Position numbers and translations under genes: made by a program
NCBI GenBank assembly: GCA_035548375.1
Contig: DASZTG010000094.1
Span: forward strand, 283 to 64,282
DNA length: 64,000 nucleotides
From: Burkholderiales bacterium
Lineage (GTDB): Bacteria > Pseudomonadota > Gammaproteobacteria > Burkholderiales > JACQAP01
Direction: 5' to 3'
Notes under the pieces: generated by a model
Told to the model about the DNA's origin: nothing
Databases searched by the model: none
What the model saw: the letters and a program-made list of their open reading frames with translations, nothing else
In this document: positions 20,512-31,002 of the stretch, piece after piece
Layout: each line of letters begins with the position of its first letter
How positions within the stretch are numbered: position 1 is the stretch's first letter

Positions 20512-21456
20512 ATGATCAAGCTCGACGGGCTTGCCGCCTTTGCCGCCGTCGCGGAAGCCGGATCGATCACCGAAGCCGCGCGGCGCATGGGCATCGCAAA
20601 ATCGGTGTTGAGCGAGCGCATCAGCGAACTGGAACGATCGCTTGGCGCGCGCCTGTTGCAGCGCTCGACGCGCAAGGTATGCGTTACGGAGGACGGCGTC
20701 GCCTTCCTCGCGCGGGCGCGACTGATCCTGCGCGAAACCGCGGACGCCGCGGCGGAACTGGCGCAGCGGCGCGGCGCGCTCACCGGATCGCTGCGACTTG
20801 CCGCGCCGGTGAGCTTCGGCAGCCTGCACCTCGGCCCGGCGTTGTTTCCCTTCCTGCAGGCAAACCCCGCAATCGACCTGACATTGGAACTCGACGATCG
20901 CTTCGTCGACATCGCGTCCGGCGGTTACGACGCGGTGATCCGGCACGGCCCGGTTCAGGACAATCGCCTGGTCGTCAAGCGACTGGCTTCGAGCCGGCGC
21001 GTGCTGGTCGCCGCGCCCGCCTATCTCAAGCGCCGCGGCCTGCCGCGATCGGCCGCGGAACTGCAGACGCACGACGCCATCCTCTACAGCTACCGCGAAA
21101 CCGACTGGCGTTTTCCGGGCTCCGGCCGCAGGGGTGACGTCGTCGTGCGGCCGCAAAAATGCCTGCGCATCAACAACGGCATCATGATCCGCGATGCCGC
21201 GCTCGCCGGCCTGGGCATTGCCCTCGTGCCGACATTCCTGGTGCATGCGGAACTGAAAGCAGGCTCGCTGCGCACCGTCGACATCGGCCTCGAAGGCCAG
21301 GGGGCGGAGCTTTTCATCGCGCACCCCGCCGATCGCGGGCCCTCCGCCAAGATTCGCGCGTTGACGGATCACTTGCGCAAGGCCTTCGGCGATCCGCCTT
21401 ACTGGGAAATCGCCCCGAATGCGCGCCGCAAGCCGGCGTCCAGGCCGGCCGCATAG
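20512..21456 (+). CDS. LysR family transcriptional regulator
   Basis: wHTH FAAVAEAGSITEAARRMGIAKSVLSERISELE plus a LysR substrate-binding domain. Divergent from the hydrolase gene. Confidence 0.9.
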   Translation: MIKLDGLAAFAAVAEAGSITEAARRMGIAKSVLSERISELERSLGARLLQRSTRKVCVTEDGVAFLARARLILRETADAAAELAQRRGALTGSLRLAAPVSFGSLHLGPALFPFLQANPAIDLTLELDDRFVDIASGGYDAVIRHGPVQDNRLVVKRLASSRRVLVAAPAYLKRRGLPRSAAELQTHDAILYSYRETDWRFPGSGRRGDVVVRPQKCLRINNGIMIRDAALAGLGIALVPTFLVHAELKAGSLRTVDIGLEGQGAELFIAHPADRGPSAKIRALTDHLRKAFGDPPYWEIAPNARRKPASRPAA

Positions 21457-21584
21457 CGTCGCCAGTCCCTGCGTGGCGCGTCACATCCGCCGCGCGGCGG
21501 GCGCGACACTATGTCGCATCCCAATTTCGGGCCGTGTCGGCTAGATTCCGACGTTTCCAATGCCACAGGCACGCCACTTCAGCC

Positions 21585-23702
21585 ATGCGCATCCTTCCCG
21601 TCGCTATCGCGGCTTCGACGCCGCCCGCAGCCATTCCGCCGTCCGGCCCGTCGTTGGCCGGCCGCGCGCGCGCGTTCCTCTGCCTTGCGCTGGGCGCGCC
21701 GTTGCTGGCCGTCGCCGCGGAAGCCGAGCCTGGCACCGTCGTCGCGCCCACGGTGACCGTCACCGCCACGCGCAGCGACCTCGGCTCGGCCGAGCAGCCG
21801 ATCGCAGCCTCCGTCGTCACGCACGACGAAATCCGGCAGACGCCGGCACAGTCGCTCGATGACGCGCTGCGCACGGTCACCGGCCTGAACGTGCAGGACA
21901 ATGCTTCCTACCAGACCCACCCCACGGCCAACGCGGTGTCGATGCGCGGTCTGGGTGGCACCCGTGCGCTGGTCTTGCGCGACGGCGTTCCGCTCAACGA
22001 CCCGTTCTTCGGCTACGTGCAGTGGAACCGCGTTCCCATGGAAACCGTCGATCGCGTCGAGGTCCTGCGCGGCGGCGCCTCGAGCCTGTGGGGCAACTTC
22101 GCGATGGGGGGCGTGGTGAACATTTTCTCGCGCGAGCCCGATGCCAACACGGCCGAGCTGTCGGGCGGCTACGGCTCGCAGAACACGCGGCGCGCCAACG
22201 GCTACGGCGCCTGGGCGCCGTCCGATCGCTTTGGCTTGAGCGCGAACCTCAACGACTGGCGCACCGACGGCTACAACCAGGTGCCGGAGGACCAGCGCGC
22301 GCCGCTCGACGTGCCGACCTCGTTTTCGGCGCAGAACGTCGAGCTCACCGGCAAGGGCAGGCTGACAGACTCGACCACGGCGTTCGCGCGCTTCGGCTAC
22401 CACGAAAACGACCAAACGCTGGGCACGCCCCTCAGCACGAACCACCAGCGCAACGCCGATTATTCCGGCGGCATCACGCAGCGCCTGCCCGACGACAGCC
22501 GGCTGTCCGTGACCGCGTTCTACACCGACGAGCACTTCGTCACCGCCAACACCGGCACGCCGACCGGCTTCTCGCGCGGCTTCGCCGAGTACGTGCAGAA
22601 CCTGCACGACACGCCGGTCGAGGACGTCGGCCTGTCGGGCGTCTGGTCCAAGCGCGTGAACGACCTCGTGCCGCTGGTCTCGGCCGGAGCGGACTTGCGC
22701 CACATCCGCGGCGAGGACAGCAGCCAGATCTTCGACGAGACCGGCGCGCACATCCGCACCGACGTCGGCCGCGGCAGCCAGCGCTTCGTCGGCGTGTTCG
22801 CGCAGGTCGAGGTCGATCCGATCGAGCGCCTGCAGCTGGTCGCGGCACTGCGCCAGGAACGCTGGACCAACTATGACGGCTTCGACGGCAACCCCGGCGG
22901 CATCGGCGAGACGCCGGACCAGAGCGCGTCCAGCACCAGCCCGCGGCTGTCCGCGCGCTATGCCGTCACCGACAACTTCGCGCTACGCGGCGCGGCCTAC
23001 AAGGCATTCCGCGCGCCGACGCTCGACAACCTCTACCGTGCCTATGCCATACCTGGCGGCATTTTTCAGCCCAACGCGGCCCTCACGCCCGAGCGCCTGA
23101 CCGGCGGCGAAGCCGGGTTCGACATCGACTATTCGCGTGTGCACGGCCAGGTCACCTACTACGAGGACACCATCCGCGACCTGATCACCTCGCGCAACCT
23201 CGACCCTTCCGAGCTGCCGGCCGGCTTTTTCTTCGGCACGCGCAACATCAACGCCGGCAAGGCGCGCACGCGCGGCATCGAAGCCGAGTTCTCCTGGCAG
23301 TTCGCGCCGGCCTGGAGCGCGCTGTTCTCCTACGCCTATGTCGACGCAAAGATCCTCGAAAACGATGCCGACCCGGCCACGGTCGGCCATACTCAGGGCG
23401 GCATCCCGCGCCAGCAAGGCTCGGTCGGCCTCGGCTACGAACCCGGCAACGGCTTCAAGGCCTCCACGCGCGTGCGCAGCGCGCAGGCCTACTACGCCGA
23501 CAACGCGGGAACGCTGCCGGTCGGCAGCCACACGGTCGTCGACGTCTACGCGGCCTATGCATTCTCGAAGCGGGTCGAGGTGTTCGGCCAGGTGCAGAAC
23601 CTGTTCGACCAGACCTACATCGCGCAAAATAGCGGCAACGCGACGCCCTACCTCGGCCAGCCGTTCACCGCGTTCGCCGGCGTGCGGCTGAAGGCGTTCT
23701 GA
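21585..23702 (+). CDS. TonB-dependent receptor
   Basis: ATG 21585 lies inside a longer ORF. Signal peptide, plug region VTATRSDLGSAEQPIAASVVTHDEI, terminal ..GVRLKAF. Confidence 0.85.
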   Translation: MRILPVAIAASTPPAAIPPSGPSLAGRARAFLCLALGAPLLAVAAEAEPGTVVAPTVTVTATRSDLGSAEQPIAASVVTHDEIRQTPAQSLDDALRTVTGLNVQDNASYQTHPTANAVSMRGLGGTRALVLRDGVPLNDPFFGYVQWNRVPMETVDRVEVLRGGASSLWGNFAMGGVVNIFSREPDANTAELSGGYGSQNTRRANGYGAWAPSDRFGLSANLNDWRTDGYNQVPEDQRAPLDVPTSFSAQNVELTGKGRLTDSTTAFARFGYHENDQTLGTPLSTNHQRNADYSGGITQRLPDDSRLSVTAFYTDEHFVTANTGTPTGFSRGFAEYVQNLHDTPVEDVGLSGVWSKRVNDLVPLVSAGADLRHIRGEDSSQIFDETGAHIRTDVGRGSQRFVGVFAQVEVDPIERLQLVAALRQERWTNYDGFDGNPGGIGETPDQSASSTSPRLSARYAVTDNFALRGAAYKAFRAPTLDNLYRAYAIPGGIFQPNAALTPERLTGGEAGFDIDYSRVHGQVTYYEDTIRDLITSRNLDPSELPAGFFFGTRNINAGKARTRGIEAEFSWQFAPAWSALFSYAYVDAKILENDADPATVGHTQGGIPRQQGSVGLGYEPGNGFKASTRVRSAQAYYADNAGTLPVGSHTVVDVYAAYAFSKRVEVFGQVQNLFDQTYIAQNSGNATPYLGQPFTAFAGVRLKAF

Positions 23703-23718
23703 TGCGAAATCATCCCGG

Positions 23719-25107
23719 ATGACCCAGACACCAGGCAGTTACGACGCACCCGCCGCGGGTCGCGCCGGTTCGCTCTATCGCGTGGTGTGGCGCTGGCATT
23801 TCTTCGCCGGCTTGCTGGTGTTGCCCTTCCTGCTGCTGCTCGCCGCGACCGGCGCGCTTTACCTGTTCAAGGACGAGATCGACCACGCCGTCTACCGTGA
23901 ATGGCAGGAGGTGGCGGTGCGCGGCGCAGCGTTGCCGATGGCGCAGGTCCTGCGAAAGGTGCAGGAACAGAGCGGCGGTGCGGTGCTGCAGTTCACGCGC
24001 CCGGCGGAGCCGACACGATCCATCCGCATGATCGTGCGCCTGCCCGACGGCGAGCCGCGCACGGCCTTCGCCGATCCGCATGACGGCCGTCTGCTCGGCA
24101 TGACGCGCTACGGCGGCGCCATGCAAGTCGTGCGCAAGCTGCACAGCCTGCAGTACTTCGGGCGCACCGCGAGCTGGCTCGTCGAGATCGCGGCCGGCTG
24201 GACCATCATCCTGGTCGGCACCGGCATCTTCCTGTGGTGGCCGCGCGGCGATCGCGGCGGCGTGGTCAGCGTGCGACGCGGACCGCGCGAGCGCGTGTTC
24301 TGGCGCGACGTCCATGCCGTCACAGGAATATTTGCCGCGGCGGTGATCGTGTTCCTCGCCGTCACAGGCATGCCGTGGTCGGACGTCTGGGGTGGCAATG
24401 TTCAGGAGTGGTCGGCGGTGAAAGGCCTCGGCCGCCCGGCACCGCCCGCGGACGTGGTGCCGGAATGGATGCTGGAGAAAACCGTGAAGGGCGGCGCGCA
24501 CGGCGGCCATCATGAGGCGCCCAGGCCCGAAGGCCCGTGGGCGCTGGAGAAAGCGCGTGCGCCGGAATCCACAGGAACAAGCCGAACGCCGATCACGATC
24601 GACGAAGCGGTCGCGGCGCTCGACCGCGCGGGACTGCCGAAGCCGTATGGCGTCACGCTGCCGCAGGGCGCGCGCGGCGCGTACGCCGGCACCTACAGTC
24701 CGGCGCGCGTGGAGGACATGCGCATCGTGTACGTCGACCAATTCGATGCGCGCGTGCTCGACGACGTCGGCTACGCGCGCTTCGGCCCCGTGGCGAAGGC
24801 CATCGAATGGGGCATCGCCGTGCACCAGGGGCAGGAATACGGCTGGATCAACCGCTACGTGATGCTGGCGGGCTGCATCGCCATCGTCATCATGGCGTTC
24901 GCCGCGATGATCATGTGGTGGAAGCGCCGCCCCGCCGGCACGCTCGGCGTGCCCCCGCAACCCGCCGATCCGCGCGTGGTGCGCGGCCTGCTGGCGATCG
25001 TGATCCCGGTGGCGATTTTCTATCCGCTGGTCGGCGCGTCGCTGCTATGCGCCGCAGTCGTCGATCGCGCGGTGGTGCTGTTTCGGCGGCGGGCGGCGGC
25101 CGCGTAG
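23719..25107 (+). CDS. PepSY-associated TM-helix protein (PiuB/FoxB-like, putative ferric-siderophore reductase partner)
   Basis: Starts 17 nt after the receptor gene. WRWHFFAGLLVLPFLLLLAATG and repeated TM helices are typical of the PepSY_TM family. Confidence 0.8.
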   Translation: MTQTPGSYDAPAAGRAGSLYRVVWRWHFFAGLLVLPFLLLLAATGALYLFKDEIDHAVYREWQEVAVRGAALPMAQVLRKVQEQSGGAVLQFTRPAEPTRSIRMIVRLPDGEPRTAFADPHDGRLLGMTRYGGAMQVVRKLHSLQYFGRTASWLVEIAAGWTIILVGTGIFLWWPRGDRGGVVSVRRGPRERVFWRDVHAVTGIFAAAVIVFLAVTGMPWSDVWGGNVQEWSAVKGLGRPAPPADVVPEWMLEKTVKGGAHGGHHEAPRPEGPWALEKARAPESTGTSRTPITIDEAVAALDRAGLPKPYGVTLPQGARGAYAGTYSPARVEDMRIVYVDQFDARVLDDVGYARFGPVAKAIEWGIAVHQGQEYGWINRYVMLAGCIAIVIMAFAAMIMWWKRRPAGTLGVPPQPADPRVVRGLLAIVIPVAIFYPLVGASLLCAAVVDRAVVLFRRRAAAA

Positions 25108-25243
25108 GCCAGCATTCGAGGACTTGCGCGCGGGGCGTCGTCCGATCGACCCTTTGCGCCGGGAAGCGACCCAACGGCCGAAATCATCGACCAGGGCATG
25201 CCTGCGGACCTGCAGCCTCCCCGCTCTCGGCGCCGCCGCCTGC

Positions 25244-26179
25244 TTATCGCTGTGGCGTGACCCGGGATGCCTTTCCGACGGCGATGTTGATCGCGTCGAT
25301 TTTCATGAATTCCGCCATCGCGTAGTCGAGGAAGGCCCTGACCTTCGGCGTCACGCGCGCGCCTGGCGTCACCAGGTGCACCGGCTCGGGTACCGGTTCG
25401 TAGGCGCGCAACACCGGCACGAGCTTGCCCGACTTGAGATCGGCTTCGATCTGGTACGGCAGCACGCGCGCGAGTCCGCGGCCGGCCCGGGCGGCGGCGA
25501 TCTGCGTTTCCACGTCGTTGACGGACAGCCTCGGCGTAAACCTTGCGACCGCGCCGCGTGCACCGCTGCCGAGGCGCCATTCGCTCGGCCGGTGATGGAT
25601 GTTCGCGAAAATAATGTCGTGCTTCGCGAGATCGGCCGGCCGCTGCGGCGTGCCGCGTTTCTTGAGATATCCGGGGCTGCCGACCACGACGACGCCGCGC
25701 ATGCTGCCGACACGCCTGGCCACCAGGCTCGAATCGGGAAGCGCACCGACTCGCACCGCCACGTCGACGCCCTCGTCGATGAGATCGACGTAGCGGTCGT
25801 CCAGCACGAGGTCGATGCGCGTATCGGGATAGGCGGCGAGGAAGCCGTTCACGATGCGCGAAACGTGCAGACGGCCGAACGGCACCGTCGCCGCGACGCG
25901 GAGCAGGCCGCGCACCGGCGCCGACGCGAGGTCGTCGAGCGCCCCCGAATAATCCAACAGCAGTGTCCGCGCACGGGCCGCGAGTGCCGCTCCCGCTTCG
26001 GTCGGCGCGAGGCGGCGGGTCGTCCGCTCCAGCAACCTGGTGCCCGCGCGCGCCTCGAGCGCGGCAAGGACGCGCGTCATCGACGGGGCGGAGCGGCGCA
26101 GCCGGCGCGCCGCGGCCGCCAGGCTACCCTCGTCCACGATCGCCACCAGCACGGCCAGTTCGTCGAGCTTGTCCATCAT
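25244..26179 (-). CDS. LysR family transcriptional regulator
   Basis: wHTH LAVLVAIVDEGSLAAAARRLRRSAPSMTRVLAALE plus a LysR substrate-binding domain. Confidence 0.9.
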   Translation of the reverse strand: MMDKLDELAVLVAIVDEGSLAAAARRLRRSAPSMTRVLAALEARAGTRLLERTTRRLAPTEAGAALAARARTLLLDYSGALDDLASAPVRGLLRVAATVPFGRLHVSRIVNGFLAAYPDTRIDLVLDDRYVDLIDEGVDVAVRVGALPDSSLVARRVGSMRGVVVVGSPGYLKKRGTPQRPADLAKHDIIFANIHHRPSEWRLGSGARGAVARFTPRLSVNDVETQIAAARAGRGLARVLPYQIEADLKSGKLVPVLRAYEPVPEPVHLVTPGARVTPKVRAFLDYAMAEFMKIDAINIAVGKASRVTPQR

Positions 26180-26328
26180 TGCAATTCCCGAAAGAGTTCC
26201 CTGCCGAATCATGCGGATTTCAAACAGATGAGGCAAGGCTAGACTGGCACCCATCGAATCGGCGATGCGAGCCGCGAACCGATCCTTCGCCGGATCCGCT
26301 TCCACGCAAGGAGGATGTCATGCAACGC

Positions 26329-27381
26329 AACGCTCCACGCAAGGCCATCGTGACCGGCGCTTCCGGACTGGTCGGAAGCTATCTCATCGAACACCTGCAG
26401 AAACAGGGCGGCTGGGACATCGTCGCGCTGTCGCGCCGCAAGCCGAACATTGCCGGCGACTACCGGCACATCGCGGTGGACCTGACCGATCGCGCCGACG
26501 TGGAGGCCAAGCTCTCGTCGCTGAAGGACGTCACGCATGTCTTCTTCGTGGCCTACCTCGAGCGCAGCGATCCGGCGGAACTGGTTTCGGTGAACAAGGC
26601 GATGCTCGTGAACCTTGTCGAGGTCGTCGAAGCCGCGTCGCCCGCGCTCGAACATGTGCATCTGTCGGAAGGCACCAAGTACTACGGCAATCACCTCGGG
26701 CCGTTCAAGACACCCGCCGTGGAAACCGATCCACGCCACATGCCGCCGAATTTCTACTACGACCAGCAGGACTGGCTGGAGGCCAGGCAGACGGGCAAGC
26801 GGTGGACGTGGTCGGTCGTGCGCCCGCACGCGGTCTGCGGATTCTCGACCGGCGGCCCGATGAACCTGACCCTGGCGATCGCGGTGTACGCGAACATCTC
26901 GAAGGAACTTGGACTGCCGCTGAGTTTTCCCGGCAAGCCCGGCGCCTATCGCGCGCTATACCAGGCGACGGACGCGGCGCTGCTGGCGAAGGGAATCGCA
27001 TGGATGGCGACCGACCCGAAAGGCGCGAACCAGGCGTTCAACATCACCAACGGCGATCTCATTCGCTGGGAAAACCTGTGGCCGAAGTTTGCGGACTTCT
27101 TTGGAATGGAGCTGGCCGCGCCGCGCCACGTCGGCCTGAGAAACACGATGGCCGACAAGGGACCGGTGTGGGATCGCATCGTGGCGAAATACAGACTCCA
27201 GCCGCACGCCTACGGCGAGATCGTCGCGTGGGGCTATCCCGAGAACGTGTTCAATTCGGACTACGACATCGTGTCGAGTACGACCAAGGCAAGGCTCGCG
27301 GGCTTCCACCACATGGTCGATACCGAAGAAATGTTCCTGCGCATGTTCGCCGACTTCAGGCGCAACCGCGTCATTCCGTGA
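26329..27381 (+). CDS. Atypical/extended SDR (NAD-dependent epimerase/dehydratase family, progesterone-5beta-reductase-like)
   Basis: SD aggagga upstream. Rossmann motif TGASGLVGSYL. Divergent from the LysR gene. Confidence 0.8.
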   Translation, partial: NAPRKAIVTGASGLVGSYLIEHLQKQGGWDIVALSRRKPNIAGDYRHIAVDLTDRADVEAKLSSLKDVTHVFFVAYLERSDPAELVSVNKAMLVNLVEVVEAASPALEHVHLSEGTKYYGNHLGPFKTPAVETDPRHMPPNFYYDQQDWLEARQTGKRWTWSVVRPHAVCGFSTGGPMNLTLAIAVYANISKELGLPLSFPGKPGAYRALYQATDAALLAKGIAWMATDPKGANQAFNITNGDLIRWENLWPKFADFFGMELAAPRHVGLRNTMADKGPVWDRIVAKYRLQPHAYGEIVAWGYPENVFNSDYDIVSSTTKARLAGFHHMVDTEEMFLRMFADFRRNRVIP

Positions 27382-28462
27382 GCGCGGCCTCGTGGCTTAC
27401 GGTGCGATTGCGGCCGGCGGCCTTGGCGCGATACAGCGCCTCGTCGGCGCGACGGATCCACGATGCATGGTCGGCGTCCGCCGGATCGAAGGATGCGACG
27501 CCGATGCTCACCGTGGCGCGGATATCGTGGCGCGCCTCGAGCACCGTATTCCCGATCAGGTTGCGGATGCGCTCGGCGATGGTCCTGCCTTCCTCGATGT
27601 CCGAGCCCGAGAGGACAACGCCGAACTCCTCCCCGCCGTAGCGCGCGGCGACGTCGTACTTGCGCATCGCGCCGCACAGGATTTGCGCGACGCTGCGAAT
27701 GACCTCGTCCCCCGCCAGGTGGCCGTGCTCGTCGTTGACGGCCTTGAAGTGGTCGATGTCGATCATCATGACGGCCGACTTGCTGCCGGTGCGCTTGCAA
27801 CGCGCGAATTCGCCGGCGACCGCTTTCTCCCAGTGCATGCGGTTGAGCAGCCCGGTCAGCCCGTCCATGCTGCTCAGCGTGGCGAGCATCTGGTTTTGCT
27901 GGCGCACGCGGCGCGCGAGCCGGTAGGACGTGATCGCGACCACGATGGGGTAAGCCATCAGCAGCGGCAGGCTCGCCACCATCGCGGCGAAGTTCGATTC
28001 AAGATGGGATTCGAAGCCAAACGCGGCTGCAGTGACGGCGGCGACGATTCCCTGCAAGACGAGGCATCGCCACAGGAATTTCGGGCCGCCGACACCGACC
28101 TTGTCCATTGCCAGCATGGAAAACAGCACCGCGCTCGGCACGAGGTTGAAGCCCATGGCCGCGATCCAGAAGCCGCCGCTGGCAGAATCGGCCATGAGAT
28201 TGCGTTGCTCGGCCCGATACGGGTTGCCACTGCGGCTCGCCAGCCGGTATGCGACATGCGGCCAGACGAAGGCGTCGAGCGCCAGCGCGACCCACAGCAT
28301 CGGATGGGCGCCGCGTTGCATCAGTCCGCCACCGATGCAAACGGCGCCGAGCGCGAGCCCGAATATGCGAGGCAAATACATGCGTCGCGAAAAACGCAGG
28401 CCCTCTTCCAGGCTGCCTTGCGCGAGACCGCCCTCTTCGATCAAGCGTTCCATCGTCCCCAT
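27371..28462 (-). CDS. Membrane diguanylate cyclase (MASE2-like N-terminal domain + GGDEF), AdrA-like
   Basis: About 170 aa with 5-6 TM helices, then a GGDEF domain with RYGGEEFGV. Confidence 0.85.
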   Translation of the reverse strand: MGTMERLIEEGGLAQGSLEEGLRFSRRMYLPRIFGLALGAVCIGGGLMQRGAHPMLWVALALDAFVWPHVAYRLASRSGNPYRAEQRNLMADSASGGFWIAAMGFNLVPSAVLFSMLAMDKVGVGGPKFLWRCLVLQGIVAAVTAAAFGFESHLESNFAAMVASLPLLMAYPIVVAITSYRLARRVRQQNQMLATLSSMDGLTGLLNRMHWEKAVAGEFARCKRTGSKSAVMMIDIDHFKAVNDEHGHLAGDEVIRSVAQILCGAMRKYDVAARYGGEEFGVVLSGSDIEEGRTIAERIRNLIGNTVLEARHDIRATVSIGVASFDPADADHASWIRRADEALYRAKAAGRNRTVSHEAALTE

Positions 28463-28567
28463 GTTAACCCCGCGCGATTTTTGCCGCGCGGGACCGCCAG
28501 CACACCCGCGTAAAATCGGATTGTCGAAGACCTCGGCCTACAACGCAAACCAGCAAAGGAGAGCAAA

Positions 28568-29275
28568 TTGATCCGCCTGTATTTCCATCCCTCCCCGAAT
28601 CCGATGAAAGTCCTGCTGCTGCTCGAGGAAGCCGGCATTCCGTACGAGCTCGTGCCCGTCGACACACGCAAGGGCCAGCAGCACGACGCGACATTTCGTG
28701 CCATCAACCCGAACGGCAAGGTGCCGGCCATCGTCGACACGGAAGGCGCGGGCGGCAAGGAAATCGCCGTGTTCGATTCGAACGCGATCCTGCTCTACCT
28801 CGGCGACAAATACGGCAAGTTCACCGGCAAGGCGTCCGATCGCGGCGACATGCTGTCGTGGCTGATGTTCGTTGCCACCGGCATCGGCCCGTATTCCGGA
28901 CAATCCGTACATTTCCAGCGCGCCGCTCCCGAGCAGATCCCCTACGCGATCAACCGCTACCGGCGCGAAGCGGACCGCCACTATCGGGTGCTCGACGATC
29001 ACCTGAAGGGCAGGGAATGGATCGTGGGCAACGAATACGGCATCGTCGACATGTGCGGCTGGGGATGGATCGACCGCGCGACCTTCGTGTTCCACGGCGA
29101 CGCCGATCCGCTGTCGCACTACCCGAACGTGAAGCGCTGGTTCGGCGCGATCGAGTCGCGCCCGGCGGTCGCGCGCGTGCGCGCTGCCGCGAAGACCCTT
29201 GCGTTCAAGCAGGAGATGGACGAGGAGGCGAAGCGCGCATTGTTTCCCTCGAACTATCCGCTGCCGGCGGCCTGA
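28568..29275 (+). CDS. Glutathione S-transferase family protein
   Basis: TTG start with SD aaggaga. Thioredoxin-like N-domain (NPNGKVPAIVD) plus a GST C-terminal domain. Confidence 0.85.
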   Translation: MIRLYFHPSPNPMKVLLLLEEAGIPYELVPVDTRKGQQHDATFRAINPNGKVPAIVDTEGAGGKEIAVFDSNAILLYLGDKYGKFTGKASDRGDMLSWLMFVATGIGPYSGQSVHFQRAAPEQIPYAINRYRREADRHYRVLDDHLKGREWIVGNEYGIVDMCGWGWIDRATFVFHGDADPLSHYPNVKRWFGAIESRPAVARVRAAAKTLAFKQEMDEEAKRALFPSNYPLPAA

Positions 29276-29419
29276 GCGCGGGACTTTTTGTCCAGGCGGG
29301 CGCGGGCTTCGAAAGCCGGCGCCTTCCCGAATCGAGCGGGCTGCCCGCGCAGAAACGCCGGCGTCCCGGCAAACATCCACGGAGTTGGCGTCAACTACCT
29401 CCGGCGGTGCGCATGCAGA

Positions 29420-30703
29420 ATGCGCAGCATGAAAGCCACCTCCCTTGCCCTGGACCAGCTGATGCGCGGCGTCGGCGATCCGCTCGCCCAATTACATGGT
29501 ATTGCACCGGGCGACGCGGAGTACGGCCGGGCGCAGCTCATTCGCATTGCGATCGGCATCCTGACGAAGTCGCCGGCGTCCTTCGACGCGATCGCTGCTG
29601 CGATCGGCACGTTCGACGCGCCGACGCAATCCCCACTGGTGCGATCCCATCTCGCCGCCGCCGAAGCATGGATTGCAGGCAATCCGGTTCTCGCGGCCGA
29701 ATGCTACGCGAGCATCCTCGCGAAGTGGCCGCGCGACCTGCTGGCCTTGCGCCTCGCGCAGTCCTGCTTTTTCTACCTTGGCTGGCACCACCGGCTCTGC
29801 GAGGTCGTCGATGCGCTGATCCCGGCGTGGCCGCATGACGGACGCGGCTTCGGCTTCGTGCTCGCCATCGCGTCCTATGCGCATGCGGAAAACGGCGATG
29901 CCGCTCTCGCTGAAATGCTGGGACGCCAGGCGCTGGCGATCGACGCGGCCTGTCCGCTTGGCGTGCACGCCGTGGCGCATGCAATCGCCGAATCGGGCCG
30001 TCCGGCGGACGGCGCGCGCTGGATGCGCGACCAGGTCGCGCATTGGGCCGCGGAAAGCCGGATGCGCTCGCACAATGCCTGGCATCTCGCAATGTTCGAC
30101 GCTGCGCAAGGCAACGTCGCCTCGGCGATCGGCATCCTCGACGGCTGGCTGCTTCCGGCCAGCGCGGCATCCCTGCCCGACGCCTGCGACGCGACGGCAC
30201 TGCTGGAGCGCCTGTCAGCGGACGGCGTGGACGATGCCGGTCGCTGGCGCCGGATTTCCGACGCGTTCGAAGCGAACGCGATGCCCGGGTTCTGGCCGTA
30301 TGTCGACCTCCACGCAGCCATCGCCCACTTGAGCGCGGGCAACGCCGCCCGCGTGCAGGCGCTTTCGCAGGCGATCGATCGCAGCGCGCAAGGCAACGAC
30401 TATGCCGCGTTGCGCGCGCGCCACGTGACCAGGCCGGCGCTGCGTGCATTGCGCGCGTGGACGGCTGGCCGGCACGCGCAGGCCGTGGATTTGTTCGCGG
30501 ACCTGCAGCCGATCCTGGCGGAGATGGGCGGCAGCCACATCCAGCTCGATATTTTCAGGCGCATCGAGCAGGATGCGCGCCGCCGGCGAGGCCGTGAAAA
30601 TACCGCGCCCCTGCCACGCGTCGACACGAAGCGTTCCGGACACGATTCTTCCAGGCTGTGGAAATCGCTGGCAGCCAGGCCGCTGGTCGAAGCAGTGATC
30701 TGA
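29420..30703 (+). CDS. TTC38-like tetratricopeptide repeat protein
   Basis: All-helical repeat protein. WPRDLLALRLAQ and HNAWHLAMF resemble the TTC38 family. The start is ambiguous (29420 or 29429). Confidence 0.6.
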   Translation: MRSMKATSLALDQLMRGVGDPLAQLHGIAPGDAEYGRAQLIRIAIGILTKSPASFDAIAAAIGTFDAPTQSPLVRSHLAAAEAWIAGNPVLAAECYASILAKWPRDLLALRLAQSCFFYLGWHHRLCEVVDALIPAWPHDGRGFGFVLAIASYAHAENGDAALAEMLGRQALAIDAACPLGVHAVAHAIAESGRPADGARWMRDQVAHWAAESRMRSHNAWHLAMFDAAQGNVASAIGILDGWLLPASAASLPDACDATALLERLSADGVDDAGRWRRISDAFEANAMPGFWPYVDLHAAIAHLSAGNAARVQALSQAIDRSAQGNDYAALRARHVTRPALRALRAWTAGRHAQAVDLFADLQPILAEMGGSHIQLDIFRRIEQDARRRRGRENTAPLPRVDTKRSGHDSSRLWKSLAARPLVEAVI

Positions 30704-31002
30704 TCGCGGCGCAGGAATGCAGCCCGGCGAATGTGCACGACGCCCGGCGCGAGCCTGCAACCATTCCACCGTGACGCACCCCGTGCCCGGCCTTCCGGCG
30801 GCGTATCGAATTCGCGCTTGAACGCACCACCAGGCACGTGCGGGACCGTAGTCGCGGCTCGCGAAATCAGGCGTGCCGCACAAGAAAACTGGACGGCTGG
30901 ACATACCGCCGGAAAAGCGGTGCCGGAATACTGGCGTCGTGACGAAAGCGCGGCGACTGCGCCGATTCGTCCATATTTCCATTCCCCAACAGGAGTCCAA
31001 CC

